DNA from: a virus
DNA: 64,000 bases
Direction: 5' to 3' (one strand)
IMG/VR virus record: IMGVR_UViG_3300035670_000044
Span: 1-64,000 of that record
Shown one piece after another: positions 55,460-64,000 of this stretch. Within the stretch, counting starts at the first letter, position 1. Each line of letters starts with the position of its first letter. A program made the translations under genes and the position numbers. The notes under the pieces were generated by a model. It worked only from the letters and a program-made list of their open reading frames with translations. It ran no database searches and was not told the DNA's origin.

Positions 55460-55615
55460 ATGAAAGACCAGCTCATCACCATCATCAATTCCTATGCCGC
55501 TGCTCGTGCCAGCGGTGACACCATCCTGCAGCAGTTCGCCGCGCAACAGCTCGGCGCCTTCCTGGAGAGTGTCGAAATTACCGCCAACCCCACTGCAAAA
55601 ACTACCGATGACTGA
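55460..55615 (+). CDS. small fibre-associated protein
   Basis: MKDQLITIINSYAAARASGD; paralog of 56351-56518. Confidence 0.6.
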   Translation: MKDQLITIINSYAAARASGDTILQQFAAQQLGAFLESVEITANPTAKTTDD

Positions 55616-55958
55616 CCCCGCAATCACGTATAACTGGAAAATCGAGCGCCTTGACTGCGCTCCTTCCGTGAATGAACTCAGCAACGTAGTTCGCAAGATT
55701 CACTGGAGACTGTTCGCCAGTGATGGGATCAACACTAGCGATTTGTACGGAGACATTCTTCTTGGTGACGCCGACCCGGAGGATTTCACAGCTTATGAAT
55801 CACTGACCGAAGCCGAGGTAGTCGCCTGGTTGGAGGCCGCGATCGACGCCCGTGCCGACGAGGAGGAACCGTCCGTTCCCCAAATGCGCAGCGGCCTGGC
55901 TGGCATTCTGGCCGCCATGAGGACACCAGCGGTAGTAGCAACTCCGTTGCCCTGGTAG
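55608..55958 (+). CDS. phage protein (YNWKI...LPW type)
   Basis: NVVRKIHW...FTAYESLTEAEVVAW...LPW. Confidence 0.7.
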   Translation: MTDPAITYNWKIERLDCAPSVNELSNVVRKIHWRLFASDGINTSDLYGDILLGDADPEDFTAYESLTEAEVVAWLEAAIDARADEEEPSVPQMRSGLAGILAAMRTPAVVATPLPW

Positions 55959-56294
55959 TCAAAAACTCTCTTGGGTTGAGTCGTTAGAGGGTTGTTTCAC
56001 CCCGTTCAATTTGGATAACGTAGTCAACATCCGGTCAAGAAACTTTGGTGGGATACGTCCCTCCAAATCCTCCCTGGCTACATCAACGCTATCCGGCCAG
56101 CCAGACGAAACATATCCAATAAACTCCTTCAGCTCCTCGATCGTAATAAGACGCCCGGGGAGAAGGTCCCAAGAGTATCCTGTAAACACCAGGACATCCG
56201 CGCTATTCAGGACAACAATATCACCCCGAGAGCAATTTTCTCGATCAGGTATTTTGTCGTTATTTTTTCTAAGGATGTAGATAGACGGTCTCAT
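55959..56294 (-). CDS. hypothetical protein
   Basis: ATG 56294. Confidence 0.55.
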   Translation of the reverse strand: MRPSIYILRKNNDKIPDRENCSRGDIVVLNSADVLVFTGYSWDLLPGRLITIEELKEFIGYVSSGWPDSVDVAREDLEGRIPPKFLDRMLTTLSKLNGVKQPSNDSTQESF

Positions 56295-56350
56295 TGGAAA
56301 GAAAGGGGGGGGGGAAGAGGAGAGGGGAGCTTGAGCTCCCCCCAGATGCA

Positions 56351-56518
56351 TCAGAACTCTTGTTTTACAACCTCAGGATCGACGGCGGCTTCAGCGGGAA
56401 AAACCAAATCAAGGGCTTGTTCCAACTGGGTCACCATGCTGTTAATTAGGTACTGGTTTCGGGAAGCCTTAGCGTCAGCGTAAGCTTCTATAAGTTGAGC
56501 AAGGGTGCGTTTATCCAT
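56351..56518 (-). CDS. small protein
   Basis: LAQLIEAYADAKASRNQYL. Confidence 0.6.
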   Translation of the reverse strand: MDKRTLAQLIEAYADAKASRNQYLINSMVTQLEQALDLVFPAEAAVDPEVVKQEF

Positions 56519-56603
56519 GGGTAAATGGTCTAGTTGACCTCGATCTGAGGTTACCTTCATATTCTAGCACGTTGAAAGCACTATAGACACGTAAACCGAT
56601 TGC

Positions 56604-56912
56604 ATGGCCCAGGATATTCACGAGTTTGATATCTCTAAGACATTCAGCAATGTCGTCCTGACAACCATAACCCCTCAGCCCGACACCGACGGGGTTCCAG
56701 AGACCTATCTCCCACTGCGCCGGACCGGAAATCTCGCCCTACGCAACCAAGGCCGTCTTCAGGATGGATCTGGAGTAGAAATTCCCCTCGTCTTAGCTCG
56801 CAACGCGATTGAGATTGAGTCAGATCCGGTTACAGCTTACTCCCCTATCCGCCGAGCTGACCTGGTAGGTCTCCAGGCCTCCGCCTTTATTTCTTCTATT
56901 CTCTGGTCCTAA
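56604..56912 (+). CDS. virion protein
   Basis: LQDGSGVEIPL; motif at 56571. Confidence 0.65.
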   Translation: MAQDIHEFDISKTFSNVVLTTITPQPDTDGVPETYLPLRRTGNLALRNQGRLQDGSGVEIPLVLARNAIEIESDPVTAYSPIRRADLVGLQASAFISSILWS

Positions 56913-56918
56913 TCCGCC

Positions 56919-57314
56919 ATGCTTCTCCCATCCAACACCAGCACCAATGTTTTTAATTCCCCGACCAATGTAGAGGGGGCCGAAGCCGGACGCCTAATAA
57001 CTGTTCCGGTAAATTCTAGTGCTGAGGGGGATTGGCAAAAGAATTTCGTGCTGGTGACCTCTTTGATGTTGTGTAACCGGACTACCACCTCCTTAGCGGT
57101 GTCAGCGAAAATAGTCAACACCACCACGTCCGCACGAATCCTTTCAGGGTTAAATCTCCCCCCTAACACCTCCTACGACGTAATCAGCGGGAACAAATTT
57201 GTACTGAAAGAGGGGGATGTTTTATCGGTTTGGCATAATAGCACAATATCCGGTGCTTTGGATACTGTCTTGTCTTACACCTTGCACCGTCCCCTCACTA
57301 CTTACGACATCTGA
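56919..57314 (+). CDS. virion protein
   Basis: LMLCN...NKFVLKEGDVL. Confidence 0.7.
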   Translation: MLLPSNTSTNVFNSPTNVEGAEAGRLITVPVNSSAEGDWQKNFVLVTSLMLCNRTTTSLAVSAKIVNTTTSARILSGLNLPPNTSYDVISGNKFVLKEGDVLSVWHNSTISGALDTVLSYTLHRPLTTYDI

Positions 57315-57496
57315 TGATTAACGAAGTTTATAAGGTTGATGGTAAGTACCCTGATCCCTATGAGATAGAAAACAAACTTAAACAGTTAAAGGAGTCCTTG
57401 GATTCCGAGCGAGAGTATAGATCCGCTGTCTCTGAACTTCGTGAAGCTGGATTGGGCACTCACCCCCTCCTCGGGCAATTTTTCGTTGAAAGCTAG
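57314..57496 (+). CDS. small hypothetical protein
   Basis: TGATG coupling. Confidence 0.55.
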   Translation: MINEVYKVDGKYPDPYEIENKLKQLKESLDSEREYRSAVSELREAGLGTHPLLGQFFVES

Positions 57497-57513
57497 AGTA
57501 GAGGGAAATTTAC

Positions 57514-59775
57514 ATGCCTTACATCCCGGATCTAGCAACAAGAGCCATTGTCCAAGTTCCGGAGGACAAGAACTCATATACCAATATTCTCAACATTGGG
57601 GCGAGTGGTAAGGGAGACATAAAGTTTTCAGGGAGTATAAGCGATGTCCAAGGGGATATTGTCACGATTAGTGGGGTAACAGACGGAGCAGGAGGGGGGT
57701 TATCCCAATACCAAGAGACGCTAACTCCTCTCACCGACCTGGTCGTGTTTGGGTACGATCTAGCAACTACTCCTGAACCCTCTGTACTTTCCGTCTCGTC
57801 ACAGACCTCAGTCTCGGTAAATTTCTCTTCCAGCATAGCTACCAACTCCAACCTCGCACCGCTGAAATATATCGTTTTTGGATTTGATCCGATCACCGGG
57901 AGACTCCCCAACTTCCGCTCGGTAATCGAGATTGGTACGAAGGTTCTTAATCCCGATCTTTGGAACACATCGCAATACGTTCAACTTAATTTTTCTCGTA
58001 CAAGTCAATACGCGTTGCCTGTAATTTTTAGGGTCTGGGGGAACAGAGTAGATTTCCTTGGTATTGTGGGAAACAATAAAGTTGGCTATCCGGGGTCTGG
58101 GAGTATCGTATTTAGAGATTTCGGTCTGACAGAACTACCTTCCTGGGACACCGACCCTGCCTTGCCCTGGTTTATGTCTGACGTGTTCTCCGTATCCGGT
58201 CTTGACGTAAACCTGGTACGTCGAATTACCGGTAAACTCAAAGTAACTATACAACCCAACTTGCTTGGAAGTCAACCCAATTACATCCAGTGCGACATGG
58301 GTTCGATTAACACATCGTTTGTGACTGGCGGCACAGCTCGATTCGTCATCGACGACACGCAACACATCCAGACCGCAGTCAATCTTGCTGCGACAACTAA
58401 TGTCAAAGAAGTATTTTTTCCCGCTGGTACATACAACATCTCCGATTCATATTTCTTAAACAGTAGTCAAAACAACTACTCCGGGATTACTTTGAGGGGG
58501 ACAGGTTCCGCATCCGTAGTCAAACGCCTCCCTTGCACGTTGGGAAATCCCCTGTACCCTGGATTAATCAACTTTACCGGACAGTCCGTATCCCCACGAA
58601 TATCAGGACTTACGTTTCGCACTCTCTCCTTTGACGGCAGCAAAACCGAGTCTTATTCACTTGTATCCCCCATAACGACAGAACTGGGGGTGAGAATACA
58701 ACACGCGGACAATGTCGTTATAGACGAGTGCGGTGTAGTAGAGTGTGGGGGTGGTGGCATAGGGCTATACAACACCAAAGGCATCACGTTTACGTCAAAT
58801 ACCATCCGGTCTACCGGTCGAGCCTACGAGCAATCCGTCTCCCCGCTAGTCATCGACACAAGCGAGAACGTTGTCGCCCAAGGAAACCTGATGGAGTTTG
58901 CAACCACCGGCCCCCGGGTAATCAGCACAGATTACAGCACCATTAACGGTAACATCATCCGGTCGTGTGGGGATTCCGGCCTTACCCTAGAGACTTCGTT
59001 CCAATGGAGTGCGCAGAACAATCTGGCGTATAGCGACAACGACTCAATAATTCGGTCAATCGACACTTACAACAATGAGTACAGTAAGGCGTCAATTGAG
59101 GTTCGGGCCGGTGTCGCACTCGATCCAGTGTTCATGACCGTCACGTACGGTGGTGAATCCGTTAGTATCGTCAAAAATTCCGTTGTTGCGGATATATTCC
59201 CACTTAACTCTGCTGGAGTCAAGACTACCCCCTCCGTCGGTGCGTTCCGGGTCCTCGAAACCTCCGCACAGCTCGAGGCGGGAATTTTCTCCGTCACACT
59301 TCCAGGAACCACATCGACAACGTTCGGAGGTAAAACCATCCCAGCAACAGGTTCGTTGACAAACGCCAACGGCTACATGTACGAGGTCAAAGCCACCGTC
59401 CGGATCGGTCAGGGGAGCAGGGGGTTTACGCCTCTTTCCATCCGCAGCACGACTGTTGGGTCTACTCCCTACCTCGCCATAGCCTTGCGGAATCCTAGCG
59501 ACCTCCTGGGTTTCCAGATCTACTCCGAGTCTAGCCCAGAAAACGACCGTATCCAAATCAGCGGGTTTTCGAACACCGGCTTAAGCTCTTGGGACCAAAA
59601 CTCTGCTTACACTGTTGTCGGTATCGACACCGACACCAATTCCCTCCTGATCAATCCTATCCCCGGACTCAGTGTATCAACTACCCCAGTTGATTTTACT
59701 GGCTCACCCCGCCTGTTCATCCTACGCTCTAATTACTTCGTCGCTGACGGAAACCTCATCGTTCACACCTTCTGA
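57514..59775 (+). CDS. tail spike-like protein with a parallel beta-helix (pectate-lyase-like)
   Basis: DDTQHIQTAV...VFFPAGTY...ITLRGTG; PbH1-type repeats. Confidence 0.8.
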   Translation: MPYIPDLATRAIVQVPEDKNSYTNILNIGASGKGDIKFSGSISDVQGDIVTISGVTDGAGGGLSQYQETLTPLTDLVVFGYDLATTPEPSVLSVSSQTSVSVNFSSSIATNSNLAPLKYIVFGFDPITGRLPNFRSVIEIGTKVLNPDLWNTSQYVQLNFSRTSQYALPVIFRVWGNRVDFLGIVGNNKVGYPGSGSIVFRDFGLTELPSWDTDPALPWFMSDVFSVSGLDVNLVRRITGKLKVTIQPNLLGSQPNYIQCDMGSINTSFVTGGTARFVIDDTQHIQTAVNLAATTNVKEVFFPAGTYNISDSYFLNSSQNNYSGITLRGTGSASVVKRLPCTLGNPLYPGLINFTGQSVSPRISGLTFRTLSFDGSKTESYSLVSPITTELGVRIQHADNVVIDECGVVECGGGGIGLYNTKGITFTSNTIRSTGRAYEQSVSPLVIDTSENVVAQGNLMEFATTGPRVISTDYSTINGNIIRSCGDSGLTLETSFQWSAQNNLAYSDNDSIIRSIDTYNNEYSKASIEVRAGVALDPVFMTVTYGGESVSIVKNSVVADIFPLNSAGVKTTPSVGAFRVLETSAQLEAGIFSVTLPGTTSTTFGGKTIPATGSLTNANGYMYEVKATVRIGQGSRGFTPLSIRSTTVGSTPYLAIALRNPSDLLGFQIYSESSPENDRIQISGFSNTGLSSWDQNSAYTVVGIDTDTNSLLINPIPGLSVSTTPVDFTGSPRLFILRSNYFVADGNLIVHTF

Positions 59776-59780
59776 TCACC

Positions 59781-62700
59781 ATGGCCAACAAACAAACTAT
59801 TATTGGAAAAACCGCTCCGGTACCCCTTGGCCAGCAAAAGGCGGTGAACTCGTTGCCGGTCGTATTTGCGGAAGACCAGCCGCCAATTCCGGTTGAGGAG
59901 CAAAATAAGGTTCAGTCGGAGGTAGCGTTATCTCTGCTGGGTATTCCCCGGGCCGAAGTCTCACTCGGTATCTTCGCCGACGTCAATACTTACGACATCA
60001 ACCCGTCTGAGTGGTCCCAGGTCCCTCTGGAGAACGATCCGGACACCGGCACTGGTGTTAATCACCTGGCGGCTGAAGCCGGAGCTGAGCTGGTCGCATC
60101 GGCCGGTCGGACGACCATCCTGACCTCGAAGCGGTTTTTCCGGTACCAGCCCGGCCGCGTATCGTCTTCTACGATGGGTGTCAAGATGAACAGGACACTA
60201 TCCACCTACGATCCGGCCACCCCCGCCCGGAACATTATGAAAGGTGCTCCGACTATCAAGAAGTGGGGAATTTTTGATAAGTTTGATGGATATTACTACG
60301 AGATTGCGAATGGAGGAGACCGTAACGACTTTCGGTGTGTACGCCGGACACAAGCACTTACACCTACTCAGCCGGCTGGCATCGAATCGACCGGGGACGC
60401 ATGGAACAAAGTCGCAGCGTTAAGCGGTACAAGCAATATCAAGGCGGGTAACTGGGGCGTAGTAGGGGTAGATCCGGTCATTTTCCGCAACGGCTTGTGC
60501 TACGTCGCAGCGGCGATTCACGACCCGAGCTTGTGCTATGCACCGGCCGACGTCCGGGCGGTTGAAGCCTCACCTAACACCCTGTCCGACTACACGTATA
60601 ATGAGGGATACGCCGTTCGCCTCGCTTATCGGGACGGGTCCGGGAGTTTTGTCGAGCATCTCTCCGGCCGCCAGTTCGCTTTTCCATTCGACCAGCGCGA
60701 ATCAAACACATATACGACTCAGGAGTATGAGACATGGAGAACCAATGGAGAGTTTCTAAAACCCGCATCAGAGTACATCCGCCTCGACGCACATTGCCGG
60801 TGGGAGGATTTGGTCACTAACCTTAGCCGTGGTGGCGGCACGGTCTTCAGCAGCCAGATCGGGTTATCTGGTGACGCGTTAGACGTGGCTGTCAATAGCG
60901 CCAGATTTGGGTACGATACGACACCCAGCGAAACCGCTAGCGGTGTTAAGGTTTGGAATCTTTTGGTGACAGTTCAGGGTAGTACGCAAATTTCTAACTC
61001 TCAGTACTCCGCCGCGTTCCCTGCCCCCCACCGGACTAGTTCCTACGATGTTGACAACGCTAATATCGGCCGAAAAAATGTCACGTTAAAGGAGTGGTTC
61101 AAGATTTGTGTTCCGCCACAATACCGGACAGTATACGAGTGGAGGCCGGTCCGAGCCATGTTCTCCGGTGATCAACTAAACGGACTTGCTGACAACACTG
61201 TCCGCTGGAGTGATGTTTCCACGGCTAATGTAGATCCGACGATCATCGGGGTGAAGCGTCCTGGCGACCCCGTCGAACTGAACGGCCAGACTCTAACCGA
61301 CTCCTCAGTATACAATATCGATTTTACCAAAGTCACCATGTGGAAGATTGAATTCTCATGGTACGGAGCGGTTGGTGCGTTATTCCTTTGCTATGTACCT
61401 GTGGGGAATGGTGAGGCCCGGTGGGTTCGAGTTCACCACATGAGGGCGTCTAACCAGCTCGATGTAGCTTCGCTGGGTAACGCGACCTTGCCGATTACCT
61501 ACCTCACTCACTCAGGACTTAGCAACGGACTACCAAACAACCATAGCACGTTGGTGAAGTACGGTGCGTCGTACTATATCGATGGTGGTGACAAGGGCAC
61601 GGTCAAGCTTCTGTCTAAGTCATCCGATTACGGGAAGGAAGTATCGTACAGTGGGATTAAGACCACCGTAGCTACCGCTCCTGTTTCGAACTACTTCAGC
61701 ATCTTGAGCAGTACTGTAGCTCAGGCTGATAAAGATCAGTTGATCGGTGCGTATTTGAAGTCCGACACGACTATGCGGGTAATCTGGGTTGAGAACGACA
61801 GCACTAATATGGTTAGGCTGTATTTTAACCAATCTACGACTAACCTGTCAAACGGTCAGTCTATCGAACTTATTGTCCCACGTCGTCAACGGGCCATGAT
61901 GGCACTGAGAGCGAAGGATGAGGTGACGAATACGACCGGAACCCCCATAAGAAACCGCATCCAGTTGTACCCAATTAAGTACGGGATTGGTGTGATGGAT
62001 TCTAGCAGTGACAGCAATATCTTGACCGTTAACTTTATCAAAAATCCCCTGCTTATTACGAATAATCTTAATAACTCTACTTTGTCTCAGAGTTACCCCA
62101 TCGCCTTGTTCTCCGTTTCCGGGTCCCCCCAATTCGGTCTAGAGGTCGGATCAGGGACGGTACCCCGGGAAATCATCTCCGGTACTAATATCCCCAGTGG
62201 TGATTTCGCTATTCTGACCGGCCTGCTAGCTTCAGATGGTTCGTATCTGCACTGCTACATGCGCGGCATCGCCACCGGATCTGTTCAGGTCGGTGGTTTC
62301 CCAGCCTCCCCGTCCGTGTCTGAGTTTCCGGTTCTCGTCAGGTTCTTCCGCAAAGGTACCAAATATTACGTGCAGAACTACTCAGCTCAGTCTGCTCCCG
62401 TATCGGTCTACGGCTCGCTACTTCCTGTCCGAATGTATACGTTTAACACCCAGGGGACGATAACTCCATTTACCGGTGACTTCACCCACTCCAAGTACGA
62501 GGACCAGAAAAAGTGGAACGAGTCGGGATTTGTTGGTAGCTTTGAGTCCATCGCACAGCTTTCTGGAGCTTCGGTATCTCAAGATTTTCGCCTTTCACCT
62601 GTCGCCGACACCGGTAACACGATCTTCTCCCTATACACTAACAGTGGCGGCTCTCAGTACGACCTGACCGACTACTTCTCCTACAACAAAGAGTACATCT

Positions 62701-62825
62701 CGTATCCGTTAACAAATGAGGTAGATATTCTGTGTGCTTACGCTATGTGGGAGTCGACATCGGCAAACTTACAGCCTTCCAGTACCGTCTCAATCGTCAA
62801 TTCTCTGACTTGGGAGGAGCAGTAA
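59781..62825 (+). CDS. large virion structural protein
   Basis: QSEVALSLLGIPRAE, FRYQPGRVS, IEFSWYGAVG. Confidence 0.8.
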   Translation: MANKQTIIGKTAPVPLGQQKAVNSLPVVFAEDQPPIPVEEQNKVQSEVALSLLGIPRAEVSLGIFADVNTYDINPSEWSQVPLENDPDTGTGVNHLAAEAGAELVASAGRTTILTSKRFFRYQPGRVSSSTMGVKMNRTLSTYDPATPARNIMKGAPTIKKWGIFDKFDGYYYEIANGGDRNDFRCVRRTQALTPTQPAGIESTGDAWNKVAALSGTSNIKAGNWGVVGVDPVIFRNGLCYVAAAIHDPSLCYAPADVRAVEASPNTLSDYTYNEGYAVRLAYRDGSGSFVEHLSGRQFAFPFDQRESNTYTTQEYETWRTNGEFLKPASEYIRLDAHCRWEDLVTNLSRGGGTVFSSQIGLSGDALDVAVNSARFGYDTTPSETASGVKVWNLLVTVQGSTQISNSQYSAAFPAPHRTSSYDVDNANIGRKNVTLKEWFKICVPPQYRTVYEWRPVRAMFSGDQLNGLADNTVRWSDVSTANVDPTIIGVKRPGDPVELNGQTLTDSSVYNIDFTKVTMWKIEFSWYGAVGALFLCYVPVGNGEARWVRVHHMRASNQLDVASLGNATLPITYLTHSGLSNGLPNNHSTLVKYGASYYIDGGDKGTVKLLSKSSDYGKEVSYSGIKTTVATAPVSNYFSILSSTVAQADKDQLIGAYLKSDTTMRVIWVENDSTNMVRLYFNQSTTNLSNGQSIELIVPRRQRAMMALRAKDEVTNTTGTPIRNRIQLYPIKYGIGVMDSSSDSNILTVNFIKNPLLITNNLNNSTLSQSYPIALFSVSGSPQFGLEVGSGTVPREIISGTNIPSGDFAILTGLLASDGSYLHCYMRGIATGSVQVGGFPASPSVSEFPVLVRFFRKGTKYYVQNYSAQSAPVSVYGSLLPVRMYTFNTQGTITPFTGDFTHSKYEDQKKWNESGFVGSFESIAQLSGASVSQDFRLSPVADTGNTIFSLYTNSGGSQYDLTDYFSYNKEYISYPLTNEVDILCAYAMWESTSANLQPSSTVSIVNSLTWEEQ

Positions 62826-62828
62826 ACC

Positions 62829-64000
62829 ATGGCTGGCAAACAATCGATCCGGGCGGATAAAACACCCCCCCGGCGCAGCCAAGGTGTTAAACAGATGGTG
62901 GATACTGGGGGATTTGCCCTCTCCACAGAGCTAGGTGCCCCGCTGGTAACAGAAAAGGACGAATATAGGAGGAGTGAGTATGGGAAAGATACGGCGCCTA
63001 GCGTTGTCCTGAACTCCGAATCATATCAATCTGATGCTCTAAGTACCGCCAACAACTTCAGCAAGGGTAGTCCGGCCGCTTTACCTATAGTTGAGAGGTT
63101 CGCCGAGCAAAGTGAGGTATCCCGATCGTTGCTCGGGATCAACCGCGAAACTTCCCAGCAAGGCCTGTTCGGTAACGTGTCAACCTACGGTCTAGACCCC
63201 AAAGACTGGAGAGTTGACACACCGGACACCCGTTTCAGTGGAGATATGTGGTGGTGGATTCGTCGTCCCAGTTCCACAGGGAGTTATTACGAGGCTAAGG
63301 TTACTGAAGACGATAAAAACGCAGCGATTGTACTATCGGCAAGCCCTACACCGTTCCTAGAGCCCCCACGGCCGGGTATCCAGGACCAACTGATTAATCC
63401 GGGGGGTGCAGAGCGGTATACTGGATGGGGGCAATATATTAACTCAGTAGTAGCATTGTATTTGTTCCGGTACATGGTAGAAAAAACAACACCGTCTCAA
63501 TGGGAACAATTCAATCTTGGGTATCTGCTGTCAACCTATCCTCCGATCCAAAACAACAACGGCACATATAGTTTTAACGAACTGTACTGGGATAAGATCT
63601 GGCTGGACATCAAACAAAACAGATTTGGCCCGATTAGTAACTATCCGGTCATCCCAAGCGGCCGAGCATACAATTTTAACACGGCCACCATACCAAACTG
63701 GAGAGATAATCCTGGCCTGTGGGGCAGTAGCAGCGTCATAATTTCCGAGGCTACTAGCCGTCTACCACAAGATCTCGATATCTCCTGGGACTCATTCTTC
63801 TTTAGCTCAACACGGGTGTATTACCCATCCGATCGCCCGGAGGACCGTGGTCACTACCGGATCCAGACCAATCCCCAGGCGGACTTGTGGGAAAAGTACT
63901 TCGGGTTAAGGTACGACCAGCTTCGTAGCGACCTAAGGAATTGGGAGTTCACCGTACACCCGAACGAATCTAGTGTCACCCAACTTGAAAAAGATCTGAA
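62829..64000 (+). CDS. virion structural protein (runs off the window end)
   Basis: ATG 62829; QSEVSRSLLGINRE...GLFGNVSTY paralogous to the previous gene. Confidence 0.7.
   Translation, partial: MAGKQSIRADKTPPRRSQGVKQMVDTGGFALSTELGAPLVTEKDEYRRSEYGKDTAPSVVLNSESYQSDALSTANNFSKGSPAALPIVERFAEQSEVSRSLLGINRETSQQGLFGNVSTYGLDPKDWRVDTPDTRFSGDMWWWIRRPSSTGSYYEAKVTEDDKNAAIVLSASPTPFLEPPRPGIQDQLINPGGAERYTGWGQYINSVVALYLFRYMVEKTTPSQWEQFNLGYLLSTYPPIQNNNGTYSFNELYWDKIWLDIKQNRFGPISNYPVIPSGRAYNFNTATIPNWRDNPGLWGSSSVIISEATSRLPQDLDISWDSFFFSSTRVYYPSDRPEDRGHYRIQTNPQADLWEKYFGLRYDQLRSDLRNWEFTVHPNESSVTQLEKDL

Noticed and set aside
234-57493. CRISPR array suggested by repeat-like GTTGAAAG ends
   Set aside because: Copies are only 9 bp, dispersed and on both strands; there is no regular repeat-spacer period and no cas genes

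Overview
A 64-kb segment of a large lytic cyanophage (myovirus) genome. Left end: a tandem array of about 16 divergent paralogous small ORFs, then a non-coding gap. Replication and host-takeover block: GyrA/ParC-like subunit, bilin reductase, degenerate Dam-like protein, SpeD, four tRNAs, a structured ncRNA cluster, hli, a metallophosphoesterase, a mitochondrial Pol-gamma-like DNA polymerase, RlpA and Dps. Structural block: Mu-like gp37, gp36, capsid, protease, sheath, portal and tube, plus fibre and spike genes on both strands. Four main observations. (1) The major capsid gene is split by three group I introns into exons of 24, 36, 522 and 411 nt. (2) A transposase-less TnpB has an inferred guide that matches the adjacent tail-sheath promoter at 18/20 nt, and a partial copy of that promoter lies at the element's left flank. 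(3) The motif GTTGAAAGC occurs at least 21 times, mostly just upstream of genes (candidate late promoter). (4) The small-ORF paralog array. All calls come from reading the sequence; no database search was run.
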